Assembly (NCBI GenBank): GCA_965205975.1
Contig: OZ242195.1
Coordinates: 3,264,001 to 3,328,000, forward strand
Origin: Candidatus Latescibacterota bacterium
Lineage (GTDB): Bacteria > Latescibacterota > UBA2968
Direction of reading: 5' to 3'
DNA: 64,000 bases
Positions 27,724-38,182 of the stretch are shown in pieces. The notes beneath the pieces were generated by a model. The model was not told the DNA's origin. It did not search any database and was given only the letters and a program-made list of their open reading frames with translations. Each line of letters starts with the position of its first letter. The first letter of the stretch is position 1. The position numbers and the translations under genes are program-made.

Positions 27724-28905
27724 TCAAAAAATATCACCCTGATACAACTGCTGCAAAAACTCTGCAACGGGCAAAACATCCACACCATCAAAATGATAGC
27801 TCCGCTTGCCCGTATAAACCCCCACCATGCGATCAACGCAAATCTGTGGAGATTGACTCATATCGCGCATCTGGCGTTCCCAGCGTCTATCCCACCGGTC
27901 AGACAGCTTAACTTCGAGACACACCACATGCGCCCGAGAAGATACTGTTCGCTTCCGCGTTTCAACAATAAAATCGATCTCCCCCCCTGTAGCTGTGCGA
28001 TAAAATGCAATAGAACGGTGTTTTTCTCGCGTGTGATTGTACACGCGCAACTCGTGATAAATCAACGTCTCCAACGCCGTTCCCAACCAGGCGCGGTCAA
28101 GCGGATCATCGAGCAAACCCGCTGCTGCACGCGCAACACCCGGATCAAACCAGTAGAATTTGGGTCGGGTCTGCTCTCGAACTTTAATATTCGGGCGATA
28201 AGCCAAAAGTTTGTGCCCTAAAAGCGTATCTTCCAGAATCGAAAAATAGATATCAATACTGCTGCGAGAAACCGCCGCATCTCGCGCCAGACTTTGCGCG
28301 TTAACCTGTTGGGCATTAATCTGGCCAGCAATACCTAAAAATCGGAGAAAAGGGGGCAGATTGCGCACAACCCCCTCTTCTTTAATCTCCTCTTTAATAT
28401 ATGTATTGACATACGCATCCAGAATATCGCGGGCATACTTGCGATCTAATTGCACCGTGGGCAACAAACCGTATTGCAGTGAAAAATCGAGATCAAAAAG
28501 CGCGCCGAGTTCTGCGCTACTAAACGACTCCATGTGGCGTGTAATTGCTCGTCCTGCAAGCAAATTAGTACCGCCCCGTCGCAATTTGCGCGCAGAAGAA
28601 CCGCAAAGCACAAACCGCCACCGTTTATTTTCAATCAACCGATGAACCTCATCCAGCAAAGCGGGAATTTTCTGGACTTCATCCAGAACAACCCAGGTCT
28701 GCTCTGGACGATCGCCGATCAGAGCCTCGAGGTGATGGGGCGACTGAGAGAGCGCGAGATAAAGTGAAGAATCGAGCAAATCGAGATACATCGCATCGGG
28801 CAAAACCTGGCGCAAATAGGTACTCTTGCCTGTTGAGCGCGGTCCAAAAAGAAAAAACGAGCGATCTGGTAATACCAGAAGGCGTTTTAATAAAGTATTT
28901 TCCAT
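27724..28905 (-). CDS. AAA+ ATPase with DUF4143-like C-terminal domain
   Basis: GPRSTGKS Walker A, LDEVQK Walker B, LAGRA, PKFYWFDPG, EIDFIV...LEVK. Confidence 0.9.
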   Translation of the reverse strand: MENTLLKRLLVLPDRSFFLFGPRSTGKSTYLRQVLPDAMYLDLLDSSLYLALSQSPHHLEALIGDRPEQTWVVLDEVQKIPALLDEVHRLIENKRWRFVLCGSSARKLRRGGTNLLAGRAITRHMESFSSAELGALFDLDFSLQYGLLPTVQLDRKYARDILDAYVNTYIKEEIKEEGVVRNLPPFLRFLGIAGQINAQQVNAQSLARDAAVSRSSIDIYFSILEDTLLGHKLLAYRPNIKVREQTRPKFYWFDPGVARAAAGLLDDPLDRAWLGTALETLIYHELRVYNHTREKHRSIAFYRTATGGEIDFIVETRKRTVSSRAHVVCLEVKLSDRWDRRWERQMRDMSQSPQICVDRMVGVYTGKRSYHFDGVDVLPVAEFLQQLYQGDIF

Positions 28906-28972
28906 ATTGCAAATTTACAAAACTATTGTAAAAAAACAATGCAAATTTACAAAACTATTGTAAATTTGCAAT
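28906..28972. promoter_or_regulatory. Duplicated palindromic operator-like site
   Basis: 25-nt direct repeat TGCAAATTTACAAAACTATTGTAAA (28908-28932, 28940-28964); perfect 13-bp inverted repeat 28940-28970. Confidence 0.65.
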
Positions 28973-28999
28973 CTAACAGAGGCAAACTCGTATGTAAAA

Positions 29000-29818
29000 T
29001 TAAAAGGAATAAGATGCAGAAAGGGACAAAGGCGTGTGAGAGCGATTGAATTTAAGGCGGTCCAATGGGATAGATTGCCAGGTCTCATAGCTGGCGAGTT
29101 TGCCAATAATACTGCCGATACCGGCACCGACCCCAGAAATAACAACCGTTTTGGGACTCAGAACAATATTGGCAAGAGCGGACCATCCGGCCTCATTACT
29201 CCTGTTCAAATCGGACGAAGAAAAAATGACACCAATACAAAAACCCGTAACCAGACCGGCTTTGAAACCCTTCCCGATATGGGATGTCTTGCTCAGATTA
29301 ATCGACAGTTGATCGAGTTCCGAAGCCGTCAGGATTTTATACTCATCGCGATTATGTGTATCCGCCAAAACGATCAGAGAGTCGCTCACACTCGCAATAA
29401 TACCCCCAAACTGACTATCTGCTGCTTCCGCAATACCAACAACAGCCCGGTGCCCGGGTATAACGCCAGTCCGGGTCAAAAATCGACGCGCCTGAGGATT
29501 GAACTGCACGGCGATTCTTTTCGTCTTCTTTACGCGCAAATGATCAATAGACCGGTAAGGAATGCGGCGTCTATAGGGCAATTGATTTGTGATGATTGTA
29601 ACCGCATAACCCTGCGTGCGATTGACATAGCCTCGAAAACGCTTTTTTTGCGCGCCGGAAAAATACGCACCCTCGACATACGTCCCGATATCGAGTTTTT
29701 TTACTCTTTCACTCACATCACTCGCATAACTCTGCGTACAAAGCTGTCCCAGCAGAAATATCAGAAGTATCAAACAGGTCTTAAAAGCGCGAAAAAAAAA
29801 GAAAGACAAGATAGGCAA
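29000..29818 (-). CDS. Hypothetical exported/membrane protein
   Basis: 272-aa ORF with signal-like N-terminus, glycine-zipper-like helices and C-terminal YSF. Confidence 0.55.
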   Translation of the reverse strand: MPILSFFFFRAFKTCLILLIFLLGQLCTQSYASDVSERVKKLDIGTYVEGAYFSGAQKKRFRGYVNRTQGYAVTIITNQLPYRRRIPYRSIDHLRVKKTKRIAVQFNPQARRFLTRTGVIPGHRAVVGIAEAADSQFGGIIASVSDSLIVLADTHNRDEYKILTASELDQLSINLSKTSHIGKGFKAGLVTGFCIGVIFSSSDLNRSNEAGWSALANIVLSPKTVVISGVGAGIGSIIGKLASYETWQSIPLDRLKFNRSHTPLSLSASYSF

Positions 29819-29835
29819 TCCGTGAATGGAAAATA

Positions 29836-30198
29836 TTACGTTTTGTCTTTGGATGGAATATAGCGGTTGGCGAGTTCGACATAATCCTCGCGAATCGGCG
29901 AGAAAATATCGAGAGCCACACAGGGACCATCTACTGCCTCGGCCCGGTGCGGCACATGGGCGGGAATCAGAAAAGCTTCGCCGGGTTCAACCGTGCGGGT
30001 CTCACCATCAATCGTGAACTTCATCCTCCCCTCAATCATCATCCCCCCCTGCTCGTGGGGATGGCTGTGCATCGGCACGACAGCACCCGCGTCAAATTCA
30101 ACGCGAGAAAGCATCAAATTCTCCCCATAAGGCGTCCGAATGCGCACGCCTGGTGACACTTCGTTAGCGGGATACTTGTTCCAATCAATAAATGACAT
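29836..30198 (-). CDS. Cupin-domain protein
   Basis: PMHSHPHEQ and IPAHVPH cupin motifs. Confidence 0.9.
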   Translation of the reverse strand: MSFIDWNKYPANEVSPGVRIRTPYGENLMLSRVEFDAGAVVPMHSHPHEQGGMMIEGRMKFTIDGETRTVEPGEAFLIPAHVPHRAEAVDGPCVALDIFSPIREDYVELANRYIPSKDKT

Positions 30199-30227
30199 CT
30201 TGTTAAGCCTTAGAAAAGTTTGACTTT

Positions 30228-30674
30228 CTATCCTGCAGACGCACGCGCCTCCGCGTCAATCGCGCCAAAGAGTTGCCGCGTCATCAAACGGGCTGCACTG
30301 GCGTGCATGCGTTGTCCCACAGCGGCGATTGGCCCGCCGATTTGCACATCGCCCTCAAACGAAATCCGCGTATTCTCGCCTTCAGGGGCGAGTTCCACAA
30401 TACCCTCCCCCTTGACGAACCCGGTCGTGCCCTTGATATCGACCACCATCGTATAGCGCTCGGGCGGTTGAATATCTGAAAGCGTGACACTACCCGCATA
30501 TTTGCCGCGAACGGGACCAATCCCTGCGGAAACAGCCATATCGTAAACCCCATCTGCTCTGTGTTCCAGCTTATCGCAGCCGGGCATACAACGAGCGAGA
30601 ACCTCGGGATCGACAAGCAACTCAAAAGCGCGCTCAACCGACGCGCCAATGGTATGTGTACCCGTGAGTTTCAA
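30228..30674 (-). CDS. coxG: CoxG/SRPBCC protein
   Basis: LVDPEVLARCMPGC; TTG start at 30674 after AGGAGG. Confidence 0.85.
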   Translation of the reverse strand: MKLTGTHTIGASVERAFELLVDPEVLARCMPGCDKLEHRADGVYDMAVSAGIGPVRGKYAGSVTLSDIQPPERYTMVVDIKGTTGFVKGEGIVELAPEGENTRISFEGDVQIGGPIAAVGQRMHASAARLMTRQLFGAIDAEARASAG

Positions 30675-30684
30675 AACGCCTCCT

Positions 30685-30725
30685 AAAAAAATACAGCCCC
30701 CTTCCCCGAAAGAGAAGGGGGCTGT
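30685..30725 (-). terminator. Intra-operon terminator-like hairpin between coxM and coxG
   Basis: ACAGCCCCCTTC-N9-GAAGGGGGCTGT followed by AT7. Confidence 0.6.
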
Positions 30726-30729
30726 AAAA

Positions 30730-31587
30730 TCAAGCTGCGCGTTCAATTGCCTGGCTCAATGCCCGTTGGGCAAACACGCGAGCCAAATGGGCGCGGTAAT
30801 CGCCAGACGCGTGGTGATCTTCCTGAAATTCTTCTACACCATCAGTCGCATGGGCCGCTGCATCGGCAACAGCGTCAATACCCTGACCCACAAGCGCGTC
30901 TTCGACCGCCTGTGCGCGGTACGCCGCAGGCGCAACACCTGTAACACCTACAGCCACAGAAGCGCAGTTGCCCGCATCATCCAGCGTCACCTGAGCCGCA
31001 ACGCCTGCAAGGGCAAAACCGGACGCAGATTGTCGCATCTTGACATACGCACCACCCGAATTCGCGGGCGGCGTAGCAATGCGAATACCAGTAAGGACCT
31101 CGTCGGGTTGCAAATCTGTGATAAAAAGATCCACAAAAAAATCAGACGCAGCAACCGCGCGTTCACCATTAGGGCCAGCAATATCGAATTGTGCATCGAG
31201 GGCGAGCATAGTCGCAGGCCAATCCGCAGCCGGATCGGCATGGGCGATACTCCCGCCCACCGTGCCCCGATTCCGCACCTGCGCATCGCCAATCTCTGCA
31301 GCGGTCTCGGGCAAAAGTGAACATTTCGAAGGCAACAAGCGATGGCTTTCCACAGCATAATGCGTGGCCAGCGCACCAATGGTAATGGTCTCATTGCCCG
31401 CCGTCACTCTTTTCAAGCCAGCAACACCGCCCAGGTCAATAACGACCGAAGGCGCAGCAAGACGCAATTTCATAGACGGAATCAGACTGTGACCGCCCGC
31501 CAGTACTTTGGCATCATCGCCGAACTCTTGCACCAGACGCATCGCGCTTCTCAGAGTTTTGGGTGCGTGGTAATCAAAGGGAGTCAT
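30730..31587 (-). CDS. coxM: Aerobic CO dehydrogenase/xanthine dehydrogenase family FAD subunit
   Basis: LAGGHSLIPSMKLR, QVRNRGTVGGSIAHADPAAD. Confidence 0.88.
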   Translation of the reverse strand: MTPFDYHAPKTLRSAMRLVQEFGDDAKVLAGGHSLIPSMKLRLAAPSVVIDLGGVAGLKRVTAGNETITIGALATHYAVESHRLLPSKCSLLPETAAEIGDAQVRNRGTVGGSIAHADPAADWPATMLALDAQFDIAGPNGERAVAASDFFVDLFITDLQPDEVLTGIRIATPPANSGGAYVKMRQSASGFALAGVAAQVTLDDAGNCASVAVGVTGVAPAAYRAQAVEDALVGQGIDAVADAAAHATDGVEEFQEDHHASGDYRAHLARVFAQRALSQAIERAA

Positions 31588-31590
31588 CTT

Positions 31591-33924
31591 TCAAGTCTCC
31601 TGCATGAGTTTCCAGAGTTTTTCAGGACGCAAAGGCAGATCGATATGCCGCACGCCAAAAGGTTTCAGCGCGTCAATCACCGCATTGGCTATCGCGGGCG
31701 TAGAACCAATTGTACCCGCTTCGCCCACACCTTTGACACCCATCGGATTAACGGGTGAAGGCGTAACCGTATTTGCCAATTCAAAGCGCGGGAAATTGTG
31801 CGCTTTTGGCAAGGCATAATCCATAAATGAACCAGTGATCATCTGCCCGCTTTCATCGTAAATAGCTTCCTCGTAAAGGGCCTGTCCCACACCCTGTGCA
31901 ATACCGCCGTGTACCTGGCCCTCAACAATCAACGGATTGATAATATTTCCGCAATCGTCAACGGCAATATAACGCTGTATCTCGACCTCACCCGTATCGG
32001 CATCTACCTCGACCACGGCGATATGCGTGCCAAAGGGATAGGTAAAATTCGGCGGCTCAAAAAAGTGCGATTCGGCGAGACCGGGTTCTGTGCCCTCGGG
32101 AAGTTCCACACCCACATGAGCTACCATCGCGATTTCGCTCAAAGTGAGACCTGACTCGGGCGCACCCTGAACGCAATATTTGTCGTCTTCAATCACAATA
32201 TCCTGCGGATTGCTCTCCAGCAGATGCGCGGCGATATTAATCACCTTGTCTTTCACCTTGCCCATCGCATGCACCATCGCTGTACCGCCCACAGCCGTCG
32301 CGCGACTGCCAAATGTACCAATACCGTATTGCACAGTATCAGTATCGCCGTGAATAATGCGAATATCGTCGATATCAACGCCCAATCCATCGGCAATAAG
32401 CTGGGCAAACGTGGTCTCCTGCCCTTGTCCGTGGGGCGATACACCCGTGAGCACAGTCACCTTACCCGTGGGATCTACGCGCACAGTACTGCTTTCCCAT
32501 CCACCAGCGGGCATCGCAGCAGAAGGACCCATCCCGCAAATCTCCACATAAGTAGAAAATCCAATACCGAGATATCGGCCCTCTTCTCTCAAATTTGCCT
32601 GCTGCTCGCGCAAAGCGTCGTAATCGGCCATCTTGAGTGCCTTGTCGAGCGCCGCCGTATAGTCGCCACTATCATAAGCCACAGCAGTGCCCGTTTCATA
32701 GGGAAAAGCATCTTTGCCAATAAAGTTTTTGCGCCGCACCTCCAGAGGATCAAGATCCAGATCGTGCGCCACCACATCGATCATGCGTTCGATGAGATAC
32801 GTGGCCTCTGGACGCCCCGCACCTCGATAGGCGTCCGTCGCCATCTTATTGGTAAAGGCGGCTTTGAGATTCATCTCCACATTTTTAAATGTGTAAGAAC
32901 CGCACAACATCAATCCCGTAAGCGTGGGAATGGCTGGTGTGAGCAACTGATAATAAGCTCCCACATCAGCCGAAACCGTGTATTTGAGACCGAGGATCGT
33001 GCCGTCGTTTTTGACCGCGAGTTCGACATCCCCGGTCTGGTCGCGTCCGTGAATCGTGTGCAAAAAGTTCTCACGCCGTCCTTCAATCCACTTCACGGGC
33101 TGCCCGAGATATTTCGCCATATGCCCGAGCAGAGCTTCTTCGGCGTACACATTGAGCTTACAGCCAAAGCCACCACCCACTTCGGGCGCAATAACGCGCA
33201 CATGATTTTCGGCCATACTGAGCATAACGGATATTTGCGTGCGCAAAAGATGGGGAATTTGCGTGGAAGACCATAAGTTAAGCTGGTCTTTGCCAGGCAG
33301 ATATTGGGCAACCACACCCCGCGTCTCCATTGGATTGGGAACCAGACGTTGATGGTCAATCCGCTGACTAACGACCTGATCGGCTTCGGCAAAAGCCGCA
33401 TCGACATCGCCCCCGGCAATGCTCCAGGTAAAAGCCATATTATCGTCCCAATCTTCGTGAATAACAGGCGCGCCATCGGCAAAAGCCGCATCAGCCGAAT
33501 TGATGGCATCGAGAGGTTCGTAATCGACCTCAATCAAATCCAGTGCATCCTGAGCAATATACGCATCGGTCGCGGCAACAGCGGCGACAGGTTCGCCAAC
33601 AAAACGCACCTTTCCAGTTGCAAGCACGGGATGGTGGGGCACCTTAATGCCCGGAAATCCCTCCGGATCTGTAGCCGCACAGGGAATCCCGCCAATGACA
33701 TCTTTGACATCATCGCCAGTGACCACGGATTTCACTCCGGACAAATTTTGCGCCGCATCGGTATTAATACCATTGATGCGCGCATGAGCATAAGGGCTTC
33801 GCAAAATCGCGACATGTAACAAATTGGGCAACTTAATGTCATCGACATAATGTGCAAGGCCCTGAATCAATCGAGGGTCTTCTCGGCGCTTAATACGGGC
33901 GCCAACAGATTTGCTAACAGGCAT
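31591..33924 (-). CDS. coxL: Molybdopterin large subunit, form II CoxL-like
   Basis: VGGGFG, AYRGAGR active-site loop, GQGQET, KGVGEAG. Confidence 0.88.
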   Translation of the reverse strand: MPVSKSVGARIKRREDPRLIQGLAHYVDDIKLPNLLHVAILRSPYAHARINGINTDAAQNLSGVKSVVTGDDVKDVIGGIPCAATDPEGFPGIKVPHHPVLATGKVRFVGEPVAAVAATDAYIAQDALDLIEVDYEPLDAINSADAAFADGAPVIHEDWDDNMAFTWSIAGGDVDAAFAEADQVVSQRIDHQRLVPNPMETRGVVAQYLPGKDQLNLWSSTQIPHLLRTQISVMLSMAENHVRVIAPEVGGGFGCKLNVYAEEALLGHMAKYLGQPVKWIEGRRENFLHTIHGRDQTGDVELAVKNDGTILGLKYTVSADVGAYYQLLTPAIPTLTGLMLCGSYTFKNVEMNLKAAFTNKMATDAYRGAGRPEATYLIERMIDVVAHDLDLDPLEVRRKNFIGKDAFPYETGTAVAYDSGDYTAALDKALKMADYDALREQQANLREEGRYLGIGFSTYVEICGMGPSAAMPAGGWESSTVRVDPTGKVTVLTGVSPHGQGQETTFAQLIADGLGVDIDDIRIIHGDTDTVQYGIGTFGSRATAVGGTAMVHAMGKVKDKVINIAAHLLESNPQDIVIEDDKYCVQGAPESGLTLSEIAMVAHVGVELPEGTEPGLAESHFFEPPNFTYPFGTHIAVVEVDADTGEVEIQRYIAVDDCGNIINPLIVEGQVHGGIAQGVGQALYEEAIYDESGQMITGSFMDYALPKAHNFPRFELANTVTPSPVNPMGVKGVGEAGTIGSTPAIANAVIDALKPFGVRHIDLPLRPEKLWKLMQET

Positions 33925-33934
33925 GGGGCGCCTC

Positions 33935-34399
33935 CTATGTGGTCATTTTTTTCGATGCGTACTGAACCGCATCGACAATATGTTGGTACCCTGTACAGCG
34001 GCACAAATTGCCTTCTATACCGCGTCGAATATCGGCTTCACTGGGTTTGGGATTGCGTTCTAAAAGCTGGTGCGCGGCAATAATCATGCCCGGGGTGCAA
34101 AAACCGCACTGCAATCCGTGACATTCCCAGAAGCCCTCCTGAATAGGGTGCAATTCACCATTTTGGGCCAGGCCCTCAATAGTAGTAATTTCAGCACCAT
34201 CGGCTTGCACTGCCAAAACCGTACACGATTTGACAGCATCTCCATTGAGCATCACACTGCACGCGCCACAAAGGCTGGTCTCGCAGCCCACATGCGTGCC
34301 AGTAAGCCCGACGACATCGCGCAAAAAATGCACGAGCAACATCCGCGGTTCCACGTCGTGACTTTGATGCTCCCCGTTCACAGTGACTTCAATTTTCAC
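33935..34399 (-). CDS. coxS: 2Fe-2S small subunit
   Basis: [26 protein letters not shown]. Confidence 0.92.
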   Translation of the reverse strand: MKIEVTVNGEHQSHDVEPRMLLVHFLRDVVGLTGTHVGCETSLCGACSVMLNGDAVKSCTVLAVQADGAEITTIEGLAQNGELHPIQEGFWECHGLQCGFCTPGMIIAAHQLLERNPKPSEADIRRGIEGNLCRCTGYQHIVDAVQYASKKMTT

Positions 34400-34524
34400 G
34401 CAAGCCTCCTTTGAAAAGGGGGAAGAAAAAATAGACTTACACTCTGTCGCAAGATATGGCGCATGAGAACGCCATGCAAATAGTTTCTATAACGCACAGG
34501 TGAACCGTCTTGGGATACGACCCG

Positions 34525-35670
34525 TTATTTATTTTTTTCTTTATCTAATTTTTCGAGTGCTCTGCGGGCAGATTCTTGTTTGGGCCTCCACTTGAGAGCA
34601 GTTTGGAACGCTTCGCGAGCCTTTTGGATTTCGTTTTGATGAAGATAAATTTGGCCTATCCGGTTATATGCGTTACCTCTTGTTCGTTCTGAACCCGGTG
34701 GTAGAATTTGCAGACACGCTTTGAAGTATTCAAGACCGAGGTCAAGTTTGTCTCCAGATTCCGCTAATATGCGTCCCAAAGCGTATAATGCATTCATTTT
34801 ACGTGCTTGAAATGTTATTATCTTTTCAAATGATGAAATAGTTGTATCGCGCCTTACCGATAGGGAATCGGTCGTTATCTGGAGACATTGTTCCGCAGCG
34901 CGATATGCTCGATCAAGTTGTTTGAGACTCAGCAAATAAGTACGGAGCGTACTTAAGGCACGACTGGAAAAAGGGTGTTGTTGCACATAAGATTCGAGCA
35001 ACTCAACGGCTTCTTCACGACGTTCTGTTTGCCAGAGATGCCTGCTAAGCCATAAAACGGGCCGGAGGCTGGATGGGGCTTTTTCTAATGCGGTTCTCAA
35101 CTCCTGTTCGACTTTATCCAGCTCATCTCTGCTGCGATAAATTTCAGCTTGTTCTGCATGCCCCCTGATGGGATCGCGCATCTTAATCTGATCGACCAGA
35201 TTTTGTGCTTCTTCTTTTTTTCCCCCTACAATACCCGGTGCTTCAAGATGATATCTTATCAAGTAAAACCGCGCTTCAATATGGTCTGGATCCAGAGCAA
35301 TGACTTTTTCCATGGCTTTTTTTGTATTGCGAGCGTGTCCAAACCTCTTGAAAATGCTGGCTGTCACCGCTTTTTCACCATACATTTGTCCCAGCCACCA
35401 GTAATAATTGGCATTTTGGGAATCGGATTTAGCGGCTTTCTCAAAATGGTCAACAGCATCATCTGTTCTGCCATCCCAAGCTGCTAATCGCCCCAAAAAG
35501 AAGTGTATCTCGCCTTTATCCGACGATGTTTTTAGAAGCGTTTGTAAATGCGCCTCTGCTTTCTCATAGTGCCCGGCAATAAATGCGTCAAAAACCTGGC
35601 GCAACGACGCCTCGGCCTTTCCCATCGAGAGCAGGATCCATAAGGACAGAATTAAATATCTCAAACGCAT
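34525..35670 (-). CDS. Secreted TPR-repeat protein
   Basis: Signal peptide and several TPR-like helical repeats. Confidence 0.8.
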   Translation of the reverse strand: MRLRYLILSLWILLSMGKAEASLRQVFDAFIAGHYEKAEAHLQTLLKTSSDKGEIHFFLGRLAAWDGRTDDAVDHFEKAAKSDSQNANYYWWLGQMYGEKAVTASIFKRFGHARNTKKAMEKVIALDPDHIEARFYLIRYHLEAPGIVGGKKEEAQNLVDQIKMRDPIRGHAEQAEIYRSRDELDKVEQELRTALEKAPSSLRPVLWLSRHLWQTERREEAVELLESYVQQHPFSSRALSTLRTYLLSLKQLDRAYRAAEQCLQITTDSLSVRRDTTISSFEKIITFQARKMNALYALGRILAESGDKLDLGLEYFKACLQILPPGSERTRGNAYNRIGQIYLHQNEIQKAREAFQTALKWRPKQESARRALEKLDKEKNK

Positions 35671-35795
35671 TATTTTTCACTCCTTTCGTAGCTATTTATG
35701 AATGATGAACTGTGGGAGCGGCATTACTGAATACAGGCTCTTCAGCACAGGCCCTGCCGCGATCTGATCTTCCCAGTATAAAACAGGAGAAACCC

Positions 35796-36404
35796 ATGAA
35801 AACACTTTATTACATCGCCGACCCCATGTGTTCCTGGTGCTGGGGATTTCAGCCAGTATTGGAAAAAGTCAAAGAAGCCGCACCCAAAGAATTATCACCC
35901 GTATATATCATGGGAGGATTGGCACGCGACACCGATGACCCCATGCCCGATGCGATGCAGGCGCATATCCAGCGCGCCTGGCGCGAAGTCGCAGCCATAA
36001 CAGGTGCGAGTTTCAACTGGGACTTTTGGGGAAAATGCAAACCGCGACGATGCACCTATCCATCTTGCAGGGCATTTTATGCGGCCCAAAATCAAAGGGC
36101 TGGAATAGCGATGTACGAAGCCATTCAACGCGCCTATTATCGTGAAGCGCGCAATCCATCAGACGTAGAAGTCCTCGTCGCATTGGCGGGTGAAATCGGA
36201 TTAGACACACAGCAATTTGCCCGCGATCTATCCTCACCCGAAATAGAACAACAGATGCAGGATGGATTTAACATCAGGCGGTCGATGAATGCCAATCAAT
36301 TTCCAAGTCTCGTCGTAAGAAACAATGCATCCGTAACCTTTATCACCAGAGGGTATAACGACGCGGAAACCGTGTTGGCCTATTTGCAATCAGCACTAAA
36401 ATAG
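35796..36404 (+). CDS. DsbA-family thioredoxin-fold protein
   Basis: YYIADPMCSWCWGF, FPSLVV; start 35796 after AGGAG. Confidence 0.88.
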   Translation: MKTLYYIADPMCSWCWGFQPVLEKVKEAAPKELSPVYIMGGLARDTDDPMPDAMQAHIQRAWREVAAITGASFNWDFWGKCKPRRCTYPSCRAFYAAQNQRAGIAMYEAIQRAYYREARNPSDVEVLVALAGEIGLDTQQFARDLSSPEIEQQMQDGFNIRRSMNANQFPSLVVRNNASVTFITRGYNDAETVLAYLQSALK

Positions 36405-36413
36405 ATAACCGCT

Positions 36414-36489
36414 GGGACGGCACAGGGGCCGTCCCCTACAATGATTGGTTAATCCGATTTTTGTAGGGGCGCCCCCCCTGTGGTCACCC
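36414..36489. repeat. Oppositely oriented pair of GTAG-type REP-like palindromes
   Basis: GGGACGGCACAGGGGCCGTCCCCTACA and TGTAGGGGCGCCCCCCCTGTGGTCACCC. Confidence 0.7.
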
Positions 36490-36502
36490 ACTGACCCCTA
36501 AC

Positions 36503-37108
36503 CTATTCCCATAGCCTGCGGACATCGAGTTCAAAATCGAACAACACGGGATCGCCAGAAATGGTTTCCGGATCGGACAGACAAACGACCTCTTCACCTG
36601 GGCGATAGACATAAACATTTCGCTCTCTCGGATCGATAAGCCAGCCGAGTAGCGCGCCGTTATCGATATATTCCTGCATCTTATTTTTTATGGTATCAAG
36701 GCGATCCGTACGAGAAAGCAGTTCGACGACAAAATCGGGACAAATCGGAGCAAACTCCTCTTGCTCATCTACTGAAAGCACCTCCCATCGCTCTTTTCGA
36801 ATCCACGCCAGATCGGGAGCACGAACAGCACCATTGGGAAGGGTAAAACCCGCGGATGAATCAAAGCCAAAACCCGTTTCATCAGATTGCATCCAAATAC
36901 CAAATTGGACAAGAAGTCCAAAATTCCGCTGCCCAGATTTGCTCCCCGTTGGTGGCATAATAATTATATCTCCATCGCAATTAAGTTCCATTCTCAAATC
37001 GGGATTAGCCTGGCAAAATTGAAAAAACTCATGCCTATCCATGTGCAATACAGGCCCGAAATGAATCGTAAGCGCATCCTGGTCTGTTTGTAATGCAACC
37101 GCACTCAT
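36503..37108 (-). CDS. Uma2-family endonuclease-like protein
   Basis: FDSSAGFTLPNGAVRAPD, CPDFVVELLS, LGWLIDP. Confidence 0.92.
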   Translation of the reverse strand: MSAVALQTDQDALTIHFGPVLHMDRHEFFQFCQANPDLRMELNCDGDIIIMPPTGSKSGQRNFGLLVQFGIWMQSDETGFGFDSSAGFTLPNGAVRAPDLAWIRKERWEVLSVDEQEEFAPICPDFVVELLSRTDRLDTIKNKMQEYIDNGALLGWLIDPRERNVYVYRPGEEVVCLSDPETISGDPVLFDFELDVRRLWE

Positions 37109-37313
37109 GGAAAATCCTCCAAATGCAAAAATCGAGAGGGCCTTTTCTACTTATTCTAAAAAATACTCACAATCAAAATTTTGTGCAACTCGATAAGTGC
37201 ATATTTCTCGTATATTCACAACACAGCGAACATCCCGCCTTGACATCCATAAGAAGTTTTTAAATATTAAAGCCCAATATATCTGCAACGAGAAACAAGA
37301 GGAGATCACAAAA

Positions 37314-37670
37314 ATGGCTGACCAAAACATTCCGACACAAGATCAACAAAACGAATTGTTATTCATGCAATTGGTCATGATGTTTCAGGGCATGGCATTG
37401 CAAAACCTGGGCAAAGTGATGAACCCGGTAACCAACCAGATCGAGCGCAACCTGGACCAGGCCAAAAACATGATTGACCTCCTGGGCATGCTGGACGAAA
37501 AAACAAAAGGCAACTTAAACGACAACGAGCAAAAATTAATGGAACACATATTATTTGAACTGCGAATGAACTATGTAGATGAACTCAAAAAAGACGAATC
37601 CGCAGAAGAGCAGACAGAAGAGCAAGCAGAAGATAATAGCACAGAAGATGACGCGGAGGAAAAAAATTGA
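37314..37670 (+). CDS. DUF1844-like protein
   Basis: LGKVMNPVT...NLDQAKNMIDLLGMLDEKTKGNL...LRMNYV. Confidence 0.8.
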   Translation: MADQNIPTQDQQNELLFMQLVMMFQGMALQNLGKVMNPVTNQIERNLDQAKNMIDLLGMLDEKTKGNLNDNEQKLMEHILFELRMNYVDELKKDESAEEQTEEQAEDNSTEDDAEEKN

Positions 37671-38179
37671 GCACACCCAAAAAGTGGTCGGCTTACTGCT
37701 TACTCCTCATCATGTATCTACCCTTGAGCTGTGCTTATTACTCCACATCGGCCACGGGCAGTGGTGGCATCCGCTCTGTCGCTGTACCGCTGCTCGACAA
37801 CGAAAGCCTCGAAGCCGGTATTCACCAGGCATTGACAGACAGCTTAATACAGGGATTTGTCTCTGATGGTGCCCTGCGCGTAGTCGAAGAAGATCAGGCA
37901 GATGCCGTATTGCAGGGCACTGTACTGGAAATCAAAGAAGAACCCTTTACTTATGGCGGTCAAGCGAGTGCCGAACAATATCAAATCTCCGTCTATGTAA
38001 AAATGGCCTTTTACGACACGCGGGAAAAACAAACACTCTGGGAACTGGACCGCATGCGCGGTTACGGCATCTACGACGCGGCAAGCCAGCGCGACCTCGC
38101 CCGCACACAAGGTATCGGCGACGCGTTGCGCATGCTCTCCAAAGATGTCGTAGATCGAACCCAGGTAGGGGGATGGTAA
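37667..38179 (+). CDS. LptE-like lipoprotein
   Basis: Lipobox LSC; IRSVAVPLLDNES; ADAVLQG. Confidence 0.7.
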   Translation: MSTPKKWSAYCLLLIMYLPLSCAYYSTSATGSGGIRSVAVPLLDNESLEAGIHQALTDSLIQGFVSDGALRVVEEDQADAVLQGTVLEIKEEPFTYGGQASAEQYQISVYVKMAFYDTREKQTLWELDRMRGYGIYDAASQRDLARTQGIGDALRMLSKDVVDRTQVGGW

Positions 38180-38182
38180 CGT

